Shown here piece after piece: positions 18,717-27,448 of a DNA stretch of 64,000 nt. The notes under the pieces are model-generated. The model was not told the origin of the DNA. It did not search any database and saw only the letters and a program-made list of their open reading frames with translations. How positions within the stretch are numbered: position 1 is the stretch's first letter; each line of letters starts with the position of its first letter. Origin of the DNA: Chthoniobacterales bacterium (GTDB taxonomy: Bacteria > Verrucomicrobiota > Verrucomicrobiia > Chthoniobacterales > UBA6821); contig JAIEQL010000014.1 of NCBI GenBank assembly GCA_019747735.1, positions 5,101 to 69,100 on the forward strand, written 5' to 3'. A program made the translations under genes and the position numbers.

Positions 18717-18812
18717 GGTTATTGCGTTGCAAGAAAAGTTTGAGTTGCAAGTTTGAGTTTGAGCTTAATAGGCGCTTCGCGCTTTAGGTTTTATAAAGCG
18801 TTGCGAAGAAAA

Positions 18813-18848
18813 GCCGGTGTGGCGAAATGGCAGACGCAAGGGACTTAA
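18813..18848 (+). pseudogene. Duplicated 5' half of tRNA-Leu(TAA) (truncated copy)
   Basis: gccggtgtggcgaaatggcagacgcaagggacttaa is identical to 18632..18667 and then diverges (tccaaag). No 3' half follows. Confidence 0.8.
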
Positions 18849-18915
18849 TCCAAAGTGAAGGGGAGGGCGTTTTGAGCCACGTTTTTTAAAATCTGTCTTC
18901 AAAGTTGCTAAGTTC

Positions 18916-21900
18916 TTACTTTTTTTGATTCTTAGCCAGAGCTAGAGCTTCTACCTGCCTTTGAAGCTCACTTGCTTCAGCTTCTTTTTTCTGAGCATCT
19001 TGCCGATAAGATTCAGCTTCTTTGGCGTAAACTTGATGCCACCACCAGGATGTAGCTTCTTTTTGCTTTCCGTTTTTCTCTGCCTCTGCAGCATAGCTGT
19101 AACAATAAGCTGCGTTACCTAATGCCTCTGCTATTTCTTCTTGCAACGCTGCTATAGCTTCATCTCCTTGATTCAATGCCTCTGCTTTTGCTTTCAATGC
19201 TTCTGCTTGAGCTTCGCGAGCTTTCCCAGCTTGAATGAAGAGGTCTCTTGCTTTTTGATCCTTATTTTTCTCTGCCTCTGCAGCATTGCGGTAACAATCA
19301 AGCGCGCAATTGCTCTCTACTAATACCTTTGCTATTTTTTCTTGCAGTGCTGCGGTAACTTCATCTTTTCGACTCAACGCTTCTGCTTGAGCTTCGCGAG
19401 CTTTCCCAGCTTGAATGAAGAGGTCTCTTGCTTTTTGATTTCCTTCTTTCTCTGCCTCTGCTGCAAGGTTATAATAATAGGCTGCCCTTCCTAATGCTTC
19501 TGCTATTTTTTCTTGCAACGCTGCAGTAGCTTTATCTCCTCTATCTAATGCTTCTGCTTGAGCCTCGCTGGCTTTTCCTGCTCGAACATAAAATTCAACT
19601 GCTTTTTCGTTTCCGTGCGATTGTGCTTTAGCGGCCTCAATATAGGCATCTAATGCCTTATCATTTTTCCCTGCTATTGCAGCTGCGATGAGTTCATGGA
19701 GTCTTTTGGCTTTTTCATCTCCCTGAGAGGGAGCTTTCAAGAACTCTTGAAGCTCACTTGCCTCCGCTTCTTTGGCTTGAGCTTTATGCCAGTAGTATTC
19801 AGTATTTCCCTCTGCTGCATATGTGGCTGCGCTGTCACTCCATGGTCCTAATGCCTCTGCTATTTTTTCTTGGATCGCTGCGGTAACTTGATCGCCTCTT
19901 TTCAACGCCTCTATCCGAGCTTCACAAGCCTCTCTCGCTTGCATGTAGAGTTTCGCTGCTTTTTGATTTCCTTTTTGCCCTTCCTTTGCGGCATAGCTGT
20001 AACAATAAACTGCGTTACCTAATGCCTCTGCTATTTCTTCTTGCAACGCTGCTATAGCTTCATCTCCTTGATTCAATGCCTCTGCTTTTGCTTTCAATGC
20101 TTCTGCTTGAGCTTCGCGAGCTTTCCCAGCTTGAATGAAGAGGTCTCTTGCTTTTTGATCCTTATTTTTCTCTGCCTCTGCAGCATTGCGGTAACAATCA
20201 AGCGCGCAATTGCTCTCTACTAATACGTTTGCTATTTTTTCTTGTAACAATGCGATGGTAATTTGCCCTTTTTTCAAGGTCTCTGCTTGAGCTTCACGAG
20301 CTTTTCCTGCTTGGAAGTACAGTTTAGCTACTTCTTGATTCCCTTCTTTCTCTGCCTTTGCGGCATATGTATAATAAGCAGCTGCACCAGCATCATTCCT
20401 GAAGCTGTCACTCCATCCTAATGCTCCAGCTATTCCTAATCCCATGGGTTCAGTAAAAGCATGTTTAGCTTGAGCATGCATTTCAGAAGCTCTTTGGCGA
20501 TATTTTTCCACTCTTTTAGAGCGCATCCATTTTTCTCGTAATTTTGAAAATTCTTCTGGCTGTTCAACACTCTTCGTTCCCCAATCCAAAATCTTTTGGC
20601 GCTCTTTTAATTTTTGAGAACGCTCCTCATAATAAGCGAGAGCTTGTGTTAGAAAGAAGCGAGATAAAAGTGGGCTGGTCTTTTTCTCTAACTCCTTTAA
20701 CGTCCCTTCAATCTTTTCCAAAAAACCTTCTTCGCTTGCTATTGCTTCCTTGTAGGGCTGATCTTCTTCTTCTACTTTTTCATGGTATCTCTCTTGCTCT
20801 GCTAAAGAGAGTTTTTTCCAAGCATTTGAATCTCCACCATGATGCTCTTCTGCTGCTTGATGAATTTTTTGAAAATTCTCTTCCTCAATTCCTTTTTCAA
20901 TATTCTTCCAGATTTGTTCGATACGATTTAAACGCCTATTTTCTTTTTTAAAAAGTTTAAAGGCTTCTTCTTCTCCTTGTAAGACTCCCTGGAGTTGAGC
21001 CTGGTGGCCATGCAAAACAGCTTGGTCTTTAATATAATTTTTTGGATCTTGAAAAATTGCCAATTGCTTTTCAAGTTGTTCTTTACTTGCTTGAACACGT
21101 ACCTCCCAAGCCTTTTCTGCTCCTGGAATTTTTTCTCGAGCAGCACGGAGAGCTTCTTCATAGACTGTTTTTTTATACTCTTGAGCAGCGAGGACTGTTG
21201 TCAGGTTTTCTTCGGAGAAGGCAAATGCATTTTTTGCTTTCTCATCTAATAGTTGCTTTAAGGAGTAACGATAAGGTTCGAGCTGTCTATCGGCTTTTTG
21301 CTCAGGGCTTAAATTCTTCTCTTCTTCAAATCGCTTCCAACGCGTGAGCACAGCACTATCATTTTCTGCTAATTGCTCTAATACTTTTTGAAGGCTTTTT
21401 TCTGGTAGATCCAAGCGAGAGAGAGAATAGCTCTGCTTAGCTTTTTCTCTCCATCGTTTTTCTATCTTTTCTATTTCTTCTTGTTGGCTCTTAAAGTCTG
21501 ATTCAGAAAGTCCTTTCTTTTCTTTAAGAGCCTCTAGGGAGTTTTCCACTTGATTTCGTGCTTCTAGACGTTTCATGAAATCATTCCAATGTGTTTTCAT
21601 GAGCGTAGGATCGACGTAGCTCTTCATTACTTCTTTTTGCTGCTCTTGGAGTGAGAGGTCATCAGCTACTTCTAAAATTTTGAAGATCATCTCTTTTGCT
21701 GAAATGCCAAAGGCTTTTCCTTCTTGTAGAGCTAGCACTTGCCATTCTTCGGTAAGGTTTTTTTCTTCGTAAAAAGTTTTTTGAAATTGTTGCTGAAGGC
21801 TTTCTAAAGTTACTGGCTGGCTCTCTATTGCTCTTTTACTTTTCTGAGTGCCTTGGCTCAGAAAGCTTAAAAAACTTCTTGTTGTAACATCAGTAGGAGT

Positions 21901-23988
21901 TTTTTCTTTTGTCAATGTTGAGTGAGAAAGAATACTTCCTTCCCCTTGCTCTTCAGCAGTTATTTCATGGATGATAAGACGTGCTAAGCGATCTGATTCG
22001 TGGCGGAGTTGTTGTATTTCTTTTCGTTTTTCCCAACGGGATTGTTGCTTCTTAGCCAGCGCTGGATCAGCCAATTGCTGATGCGTCCAGTCTTGATAGG
22101 AAAGATTTCTTTTATTAGGAGTGTCAAAAAGATGTTCGATCTCTTCTTGAGCTTCCCATTGGCGGGCTATTCCAAGCTCTGCTAATTTGCGTTTTGGCCA
22201 CATCGGTTCACGAGAAATCATTACCTGGGAAGTCAAATCATTCTTCTCTTCTTTTGCAAAAAGAAGAGGCCAGTCTTGAAAAGAAGCGTAAGTTAGAAAA
22301 AAAGGAGTACGATCCAGCCTTGTAAAAAGAGGCTCAGGGTAGAGCATGTTGAGTACTGCTTCATCGTGAGAAGGGCCTTCTAGTTCAAGCTCTTCTCCGT
22401 GAACTTGAGTGTCATCTAGCTTAAGGCATTCTTCTTTCCATTGAGCAGCTTCTTCTTTTCTTGAGGCATCTTGATAAGCTTTAAAAATGTAGTAATTGAC
22501 TACTCTCGCTGCCTCATTCAGTAAATCATAATGCTCGTTCCATCCATCTAATCTGGGAAGATATTTTATTTGTGATTTCTTTTCTCGAATTTTGTTAGGA
22601 CTAACTGCTTTTTCTACTTGGTTCAAGTAAAGGTGCCTTATTACCGTGCAAAGCTCATCCCAGCTTTCAAGGATGGCAGCAGTTTCTTGAATGTAGTTGT
22701 GAAGAATAGGTTCTTTAAAATTTTTTTCTAATGATTGAAGTTTTTTTTGAGACACTGAAAGTGTTTCTTTAGTTATTAAAAGAAATTCTCTGGTGTTGCT
22801 CTCAGTAAAATCATTTGCTCTGGCTATGCTATTCCAGGCTTCTTCTACTGGCTTTAGGGTCGCTAGGAGTGCATTAAGCTTGGCACGATTTTCTTTTAAT
22901 AGTTTTTGTTCTTCTTGAGAAAGAGGATCTTCTAGATTACGCTTAAGGATTTCTTGGCTTAAAAAAACAGAAGGATTGTTTCTTAACGCAGGCTTTTCTA
23001 TAAGATGGTAAATGGAACGAGGGTCTTTTTTATCTAGGATAAAGGCCACAACATGTCCTGACACTTCCTGAACAAATTTTTGAGAAGCATAACGCCATAA
23101 CTCAGTAGCATCAGATGCTTCATAAAAAGAAGTGGGTTTATAAAGCCCATGCTCTTTATCTAGCCAGATTCCTCCTGTAGTCATTTCTAAGGTTTTTTTC
23201 TTTCTTTTTGCTGCGTACTTTTTTGCTGCATCACAATTTCCCTCGTAATAACCAGTCCAAAAAACAGCTTCATCAGGGAGCGTCTTAAAATCTTGCTCAT
23301 TCATTTTCTCCTGCCATGTTGGCTCAGGGTGATCGTTTTTTTGTTCTCTGTTGCTACTGCTGTCTTGGTCAACATGAGTAACACGTGTTGCTCCATTTTG
23401 AGTAAGGCTCTCTAAACTTTTCTCGAGCGTCTGTACAAGCTGAAAAGAAGCTTGTACAAGCTCTTTTAGCCGCTCTTCGATTTGCTGCCCTGCAATTGTT
23501 TCAATGTTATTTGATCGTTCAAGAATATCTGCCTCCTCTTTGTAGTGTTCGTATCGATTACTCCATTTTTGATAAAGACTAAGTAATGCTACTTCCTCTA
23601 TTGCTGGCCCTTTTCCACCCAAATCAGTGATGACCTTCTGAGCCTCTTGGATTCTTTGTTCCAGGATGTCTAGGTTCGAAAGATCTTCTTCCATTTCAAA
23701 GGGGGCAGTCTCTTTATCCAGATATTCTGAGGCTGGCTCTTTTATCGAGGTTGATTCCTCTGAGGAGATAGTGCCTTCACTCTTCCAGAGAGCCTTTGTG
23801 GTGCCACCACCATAACTGGGCCCAACATTTTCAATAAGAGCTTTCTCTTCTTGCTGCTTGCTATACTCAGTCTCTTGTTTTTTTGATTCTTCCTTTTTTG
23901 GATCTTCTTCTCTTTCCATCGCGCTCACGCGCAGGGGAGCAAACGCAAGCGCGCTCAGGAGCAAAAGAAGAGGGAATTTTTTCATCAC
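18916..23988 (-). CDS. Giant secreted repeat protein, paralog 3 (shared head module, CD38-like block, C-terminal 60-aa repeats, no protease)
   Basis: 1690 aa. Signal peptide MMKKFPLLLLLSALAFAPLRVSAM, head block LEQRIQEAQKVITDLGGKGPAIEEVALLSLYQKWSNRY, and a C-terminal array of AEAEK..QKA..LFIQAGKAREAQAEAL units. Confidence 0.88.
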   Translation of the reverse strand: MMKKFPLLLLLSALAFAPLRVSAMEREEDPKKEESKKQETEYSKQQEEKALIENVGPSYGGGTTKALWKSEGTISSEESTSIKEPASEYLDKETAPFEMEEDLSNLDILEQRIQEAQKVITDLGGKGPAIEEVALLSLYQKWSNRYEHYKEEADILERSNNIETIAGQQIEERLKELVQASFQLVQTLEKSLESLTQNGATRVTHVDQDSSSNREQKNDHPEPTWQEKMNEQDFKTLPDEAVFWTGYYEGNCDAAKKYAAKRKKKTLEMTTGGIWLDKEHGLYKPTSFYEASDATELWRYASQKFVQEVSGHVVAFILDKKDPRSIYHLIEKPALRNNPSVFLSQEILKRNLEDPLSQEEQKLLKENRAKLNALLATLKPVEEAWNSIARANDFTESNTREFLLITKETLSVSQKKLQSLEKNFKEPILHNYIQETAAILESWDELCTVIRHLYLNQVEKAVSPNKIREKKSQIKYLPRLDGWNEHYDLLNEAARVVNYYIFKAYQDASRKEEAAQWKEECLKLDDTQVHGEELELEGPSHDEAVLNMLYPEPLFTRLDRTPFFLTYASFQDWPLLFAKEEKNDLTSQVMISREPMWPKRKLAELGIARQWEAQEEIEHLFDTPNKRNLSYQDWTHQQLADPALAKKQQSRWEKRKEIQQLRHESDRLARLIIHEITAEEQGEGSILSHSTLTKEKTPTDVTTRSFLSFLSQGTQKSKRAIESQPVTLESLQQQFQKTFYEEKNLTEEWQVLALQEGKAFGISAKEMIFKILEVADDLSLQEQQKEVMKSYVDPTLMKTHWNDFMKRLEARNQVENSLEALKEKKGLSESDFKSQQEEIEKIEKRWREKAKQSYSLSRLDLPEKSLQKVLEQLAENDSAVLTRWKRFEEEKNLSPEQKADRQLEPYRYSLKQLLDEKAKNAFAFSEENLTTVLAAQEYKKTVYEEALRAAREKIPGAEKAWEVRVQASKEQLEKQLAIFQDPKNYIKDQAVLHGHQAQLQGVLQGEEEAFKLFKKENRRLNRIEQIWKNIEKGIEEENFQKIHQAAEEHHGGDSNAWKKLSLAEQERYHEKVEEEDQPYKEAIASEEGFLEKIEGTLKELEKKTSPLLSRFFLTQALAYYEERSQKLKERQKILDWGTKSVEQPEEFSKLREKWMRSKRVEKYRQRASEMHAQAKHAFTEPMGLGIAGALGWSDSFRNDAGAAAYYTYAAKAEKEGNQEVAKLYFQAGKAREAQAETLKKGQITIALLQEKIANVLVESNCALDCYRNAAEAEKNKDQKARDLFIQAGKAREAQAEALKAKAEALNQGDEAIAALQEEIAEALGNAVYCYSYAAKEGQKGNQKAAKLYMQAREACEARIEALKRGDQVTAAIQEKIAEALGPWSDSAATYAAEGNTEYYWHKAQAKEAEASELQEFLKAPSQGDEKAKRLHELIAAAIAGKNDKALDAYIEAAKAQSHGNEKAVEFYVRAGKASEAQAEALDRGDKATAALQEKIAEALGRAAYYYNLAAEAEKEGNQKARDLFIQAGKAREAQAEALSRKDEVTAALQEKIAKVLVESNCALDCYRNAAEAEKNKDQKARDLFIQAGKAREAQAEALKAKAEALNQGDEAIAALQEEIAEALGNAAYCYSYAAEAEKNGKQKEATSWWWHQVYAKEAESYRQDAQKKEAEASELQRQVEALALAKNQKK
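18990..20460 (-). repeat. In-frame array of ~180-bp (about 57-64-aa) repeats at the 3' end of giant gene 3
   Basis: gcttgagcttcgcgagctttcccagcttgaatgaagaggtctcttgc recurs at about 19203, 19383 and 20103. A 255-bp block at 19091..19345 repeats at 19991..20245. Confidence 0.85.
22954..23316 (-). other. Candidate ADP-ribosyl cyclase / CD38-like (NAD glycohydrolase fold) motif block within giant gene 3
   Basis: aa ~237-335: LPDEAVFWTGYYEG..KKKTLEMTTGGIWLD..TELWRYASQKFVQEVSGHVVAFILD..SIYHLIEKPAL. This parallels Aplysia cyclase VMFWSGVYDE..ITLEDTLPGYML..ESFWGMASSSYAHSAEGEVTYMVDG..FFGKYELPNL, which I recalled from memory. Confidence 0.45.
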
Positions 23989-24067
23989 TGGGTTTTTATG
24001 GGAAGTCAGAAAAAACTAAAACTTAGTTGCTCACTTCAAAACAAGTTTTTTTTAGAGGTAAGTTACA

Positions 24068-25159
24068 TTACATAAAAATTTCCCCAACTACATCCGCTAG
24101 CAACTTTCCTCGGCGTGTCAGGAGCCAACGATCCGAAGTGCGGTAGAGCAAGCCATGCTGTTCCATCTCTTCCATCGCTTTTTGCCAGGGGCGCGCTTTT
24201 TCAAAAAGGAGACCATGATAAGTGCGTAAGCCAAAAGCAGCTCGTTCGATGGCAAGTAGTTGTGGGGAGAGTTGTTCTTCAAAATCAATAGCCGTCTTGC
24301 CACTCATCGTGCTGGAGCTGTAGAGACCAGTCTCACAAATATTACGCCAGCGGCGTCCTGCTACCGTAGAAAAAGCACTTGGGCCTAATCCCAAATAATC
24401 CCTCCCTAGCCAGTAGGCCATATTGTGGGCGCTTTCACGGCTTTGTTTTGCATAATTAGAAATTTCGTAGTGCCGATATCCGTGTTGTTCTAAAAGATCA
24501 GTGGCAAGTTCAAACTGGTCTGCTTCCAGATGCTCATTTGCTTTCATGATGCCTTGCTTGCGAAGGCGAAAAAATTCCGTCCCTTCTTCATAGGTCAACC
24601 CATAAGCAGAGATGTGCTCTGGATTAAGGCGCAGAGTGTGTTCTAGGGTCGCTTGCCATGATGCCAATGATTGATTGGGGATTCCAAAAATGAGATCGAG
24701 AGAGATATTTTGAAATCCTGCTTCTCTAAGTAAGTGAAATGATTCTTCTGCTTTTGCTGCAGAGTGAGTTCTTCCCAGCGCTTTGAGTAGAGTGTCATCC
24801 CAGGATTGAACTCCCATGCTAATGCGATTGATCCCGGCAGCAAGGAGCAAGTGAGCTTTGTCAAGAGCCACCGTTGCAGGATTCATTTCTATCGTCCACT
24901 CTTCCACCGCCGAGAGGTTCAGGCAGGCATGAAGCCCTTCCAGGAGCCGCTCCATTTGAGAGAAAGAGAGGGCGCTGGGAGTTCCTCCTCCAAAAAAAAG
25001 AGTGCGAGGACGCAGCGTTGGTGCATGAAATTTTGCTTCTACCAGCAGTGCATCAATGAAGGCTTCTACACGTTCTCGACCTGCAGACTCTTTATAAAAA
25101 GCACAGTAGGGACAGATATTGGGACAAAAAGGGATGTGAATGTAGAGATGCTCGATCAT
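24068..25159 (-). CDS. hemW: Radical SAM HemW/HemN-like protein (heme chaperone / oxygen-independent coproporphyrinogen oxidase family)
   Basis: 363 aa. LYIHIPFCPNICPYCAF (CxxxCxxC radical-SAM cluster motif) and family-typical length. Confidence 0.88.
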   Translation of the reverse strand: MIEHLYIHIPFCPNICPYCAFYKESAGRERVEAFIDALLVEAKFHAPTLRPRTLFFGGGTPSALSFSQMERLLEGLHACLNLSAVEEWTIEMNPATVALDKAHLLLAAGINRISMGVQSWDDTLLKALGRTHSAAKAEESFHLLREAGFQNISLDLIFGIPNQSLASWQATLEHTLRLNPEHISAYGLTYEEGTEFFRLRKQGIMKANEHLEADQFELATDLLEQHGYRHYEISNYAKQSRESAHNMAYWLGRDYLGLGPSAFSTVAGRRWRNICETGLYSSSTMSGKTAIDFEEQLSPQLLAIERAAFGLRTYHGLLFEKARPWQKAMEEMEQHGLLYRTSDRWLLTRRGKLLADVVGEIFM

Positions 25160-25185
25160 GAAAAGGAAGGAAAAACAGAAGAACT

Positions 25186-25331
25186 ATTAACAGGGATGGA
25201 AGCGATAGAAGGGATAAAAAAAGATTTTTAAAAAGCGAAATAAAATTTTGAAAAATGCCATCAAAATTTATTGGAAAGATCTAAATTTATTTTTTGTCTC
25301 TATCGCTTTTATCGCTTCCATCCCTGTTAAT
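25186..25331. mobile_element. MITE-like element, family F, copy F1
   Basis: attaacagggatggaagcgata at 25186 and its exact reverse complement tatcgcttccatccctgttaat ending at 25331 (22-bp perfect TIR). 146 bp. Confidence 0.7.
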
Positions 25332-25467
25332 TTTTTTGAAATAAAATGACGTTGGTGGTTACGATTTTTTTAAAAAAATTCTTTTTTGTGTTCTTTGTGT
25401 AATTTGTGTGTTCTTTGTGGTGAATTCTTTTTTGGAAAAATGACTTCGTAAACTCTCAAAAACTACC

Positions 25468-27381
25468 ATGAAATTCTTTACAAAAGCTGCCTTCGTTTTT
25501 TTATTTGTTTTCAGCTTTTTTTCTACTGCTCATCGAGTGAGAGGTGCTTCTTCAGAGCTAGATCAAAACGTTACGCCCTATCTTATTACTGCCACAGATG
25601 CCATCAAGCCTGATGAGTCATTTGAGGTTTATATTCTGCTTCATTTGGAAAAAGGATGGCATGTTTACTGGCGTATTCCTGGGGGAGTTGGGTTTCCTCC
25701 CTCGATGAAATGGGATTTGCCACAGGGTTGGAGTGCAAGTGTCTTAGAGTTTTCTCTGCCGCAGCAGTTCACAGGACCAGACGGGAAGCCTTTCTATGGC
25801 TATGAAAAACAAGCGCTGCTCCGCGTTCATATCACGCCAAAAGGAGATTTGACAAAAAAGAACTCCTGGAAAATTGGAGGCACTCTTTCGTGGTTGGCTT
25901 GTAATGCAGCAAGCTGTGTTCCTGGAAGAGCCTTTTTATCAACTTCCATAGGGGAGAGCGTTTCGCCAGAAATAAAAAATCAGTTTTTAAAAATAGAAAA
26001 AGAGTTTGTGCCTGATGATGCTTTTTTGAAGCCTCATTCTCTCGATAAGCCAACTGTGACTTCAAGTGATACACATATTGTCAATAATCAAACCCTGACC
26101 CCAAATTTCTTTCTGCTGCTGCTTGCCCTTGCTTCTGGAATGTTGGGAGGTTTTATTTTGAATCTTATGCCGTGTGTCTTGCCAGTCATCTCACTCAAAA
26201 TTTTTGGTTTTATCAGTCAAGCTGGAGAGAGTCGTTCTAACATAATGAGGCATGGATTGGCTTTTGTGGCAGGGATTTATGTTTGGTTTGTGATGCTGGG
26301 AGTACTTGTTCTTTTTTTAAAAGCCGCTGGAAATCAGGTGACATGGGCTTTTCAGTTCCAAAGCCCACCCTTTCTTGTCGCTCTCAGCCTTCTTGTCTTT
26401 GCTTTTGCACTCCATCTTTTTGGCGTTTTTGAAATAGCCCTTCCAGGCAAGACCAGTTCTTCCCTGGATCGTATTGCCTCTCAGAGCGGCTATCGCGGTT
26501 CTTTTTTTCAAGGTCTCTTTGCCACCCTCTTAGCAACACCATGCACAGCTCCTTTTTTAGGAAGTGCTCTTGGGTTTGCTTTTGCACAATCGGGAAGTGT
26601 GATCATGGCGATGTTTGTGGCTATTGCAACAGGGATGGCTTTCCCTTATTTGCTCCTTTCCATGCGGCCAGGATGGATGAAATGGCTGCCACGGCCAGGA
26701 GCTTGGATGGAACGGGTGAAACAATTGATGGGTTTTCCTTTACTAGCTACCAACCTCTGGTTGCTTTCAGTTTTGAGCACCATGCGTGGTATGCAGAGTC
26801 TGCTCATGATGCTCGTGCTGCTGCTTCTCTTGGGCTTTAGTTGCTGGATCTATGGTTCTTGTTTTTCTTTGAGACCATTAGTGCGTACGCTGCTTGTCAG
26901 TTTAAGCTTTCTTCTTGTTGGAATTGCTAGCTGGTATCTGATCCCAAAAATTGTCACTCTGCCAACTGCTTTAGCCTCTGTTAATCAGCTTTCCAGGACT
27001 AGTGATGCTGCTGTGGTGGAAGATAAAATAAACTGGGTTCCTTATTCTGCAATGCGTTTGGAAAAATTGAGATGTGCTGGCAAGGCTGTTTTTCTCGACT
27101 TCACAGCAGCATGGTGCCTCACCTGTCAGTTCAATGAACGAACGGCAATTGACACTCATGCAGTCAAAGAACTGCTACAAACAAAAAGCATTGTGCCGAT
27201 GAAAGCCGACTGGACAAATCCTAATCCGGAAATCACTGACGCGCTGAAAAGCTTTGGGCGAGTCGGAGTTCCTTTTTATGTTTTCTATCCAGCGAGCCAA
27301 TCGGGGATAGAATCAAAGCCAATTACTTTTTCTGAGTTGCTGACGGAGTCGCAGCTTTTAAAGGTTTTTTCTACCAATTAA
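25468..27381 (+). CDS. dsbD: Thiol:disulfide interchange protein DsbD-like (N-terminal periplasmic domain, CcdA-type TM core, C-terminal thioredoxin)
   Basis: 637 aa. Signal peptide, TM-core cysteines NLMPCVLPV and ATPCTAPFLG, and a C-terminal thioredoxin motif AAWCLTCQ. Confidence 0.85.
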   Translation: MKFFTKAAFVFLFVFSFFSTAHRVRGASSELDQNVTPYLITATDAIKPDESFEVYILLHLEKGWHVYWRIPGGVGFPPSMKWDLPQGWSASVLEFSLPQQFTGPDGKPFYGYEKQALLRVHITPKGDLTKKNSWKIGGTLSWLACNAASCVPGRAFLSTSIGESVSPEIKNQFLKIEKEFVPDDAFLKPHSLDKPTVTSSDTHIVNNQTLTPNFFLLLLALASGMLGGFILNLMPCVLPVISLKIFGFISQAGESRSNIMRHGLAFVAGIYVWFVMLGVLVLFLKAAGNQVTWAFQFQSPPFLVALSLLVFAFALHLFGVFEIALPGKTSSSLDRIASQSGYRGSFFQGLFATLLATPCTAPFLGSALGFAFAQSGSVIMAMFVAIATGMAFPYLLLSMRPGWMKWLPRPGAWMERVKQLMGFPLLATNLWLLSVLSTMRGMQSLLMMLVLLLLLGFSCWIYGSCFSLRPLVRTLLVSLSFLLVGIASWYLIPKIVTLPTALASVNQLSRTSDAAVVEDKINWVPYSAMRLEKLRCAGKAVFLDFTAAWCLTCQFNERTAIDTHAVKELLQTKSIVPMKADWTNPNPEITDALKSFGRVGVPFYVFYPASQSGIESKPITFSELLTESQLLKVFSTN

Positions 27382-27448
27382 GTCACCTCTGCTTTGCAAA
27401 ATCAGAAAATTTCTGCAACCTGAGCCCCTACAACTTATAACCTGATTT

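Noticed and set aside
18553-18756. A 67-aa ORF overlapping tRNA-Leu.
   Set aside because: It is fully explained by the tRNA gene and its flanks and has no coding signal.
18813-23988. Reading the tRNA-Leu fragment as the att site of an integrase-borne genomic island that carries giant gene 3.
   Set aside because: There is no integrase or excisionase gene and no matching repeat at the far side (23989..24067). The duplicated part is also the 5' half, not the usual 3' end. I kept it only as a rearrangement scar.
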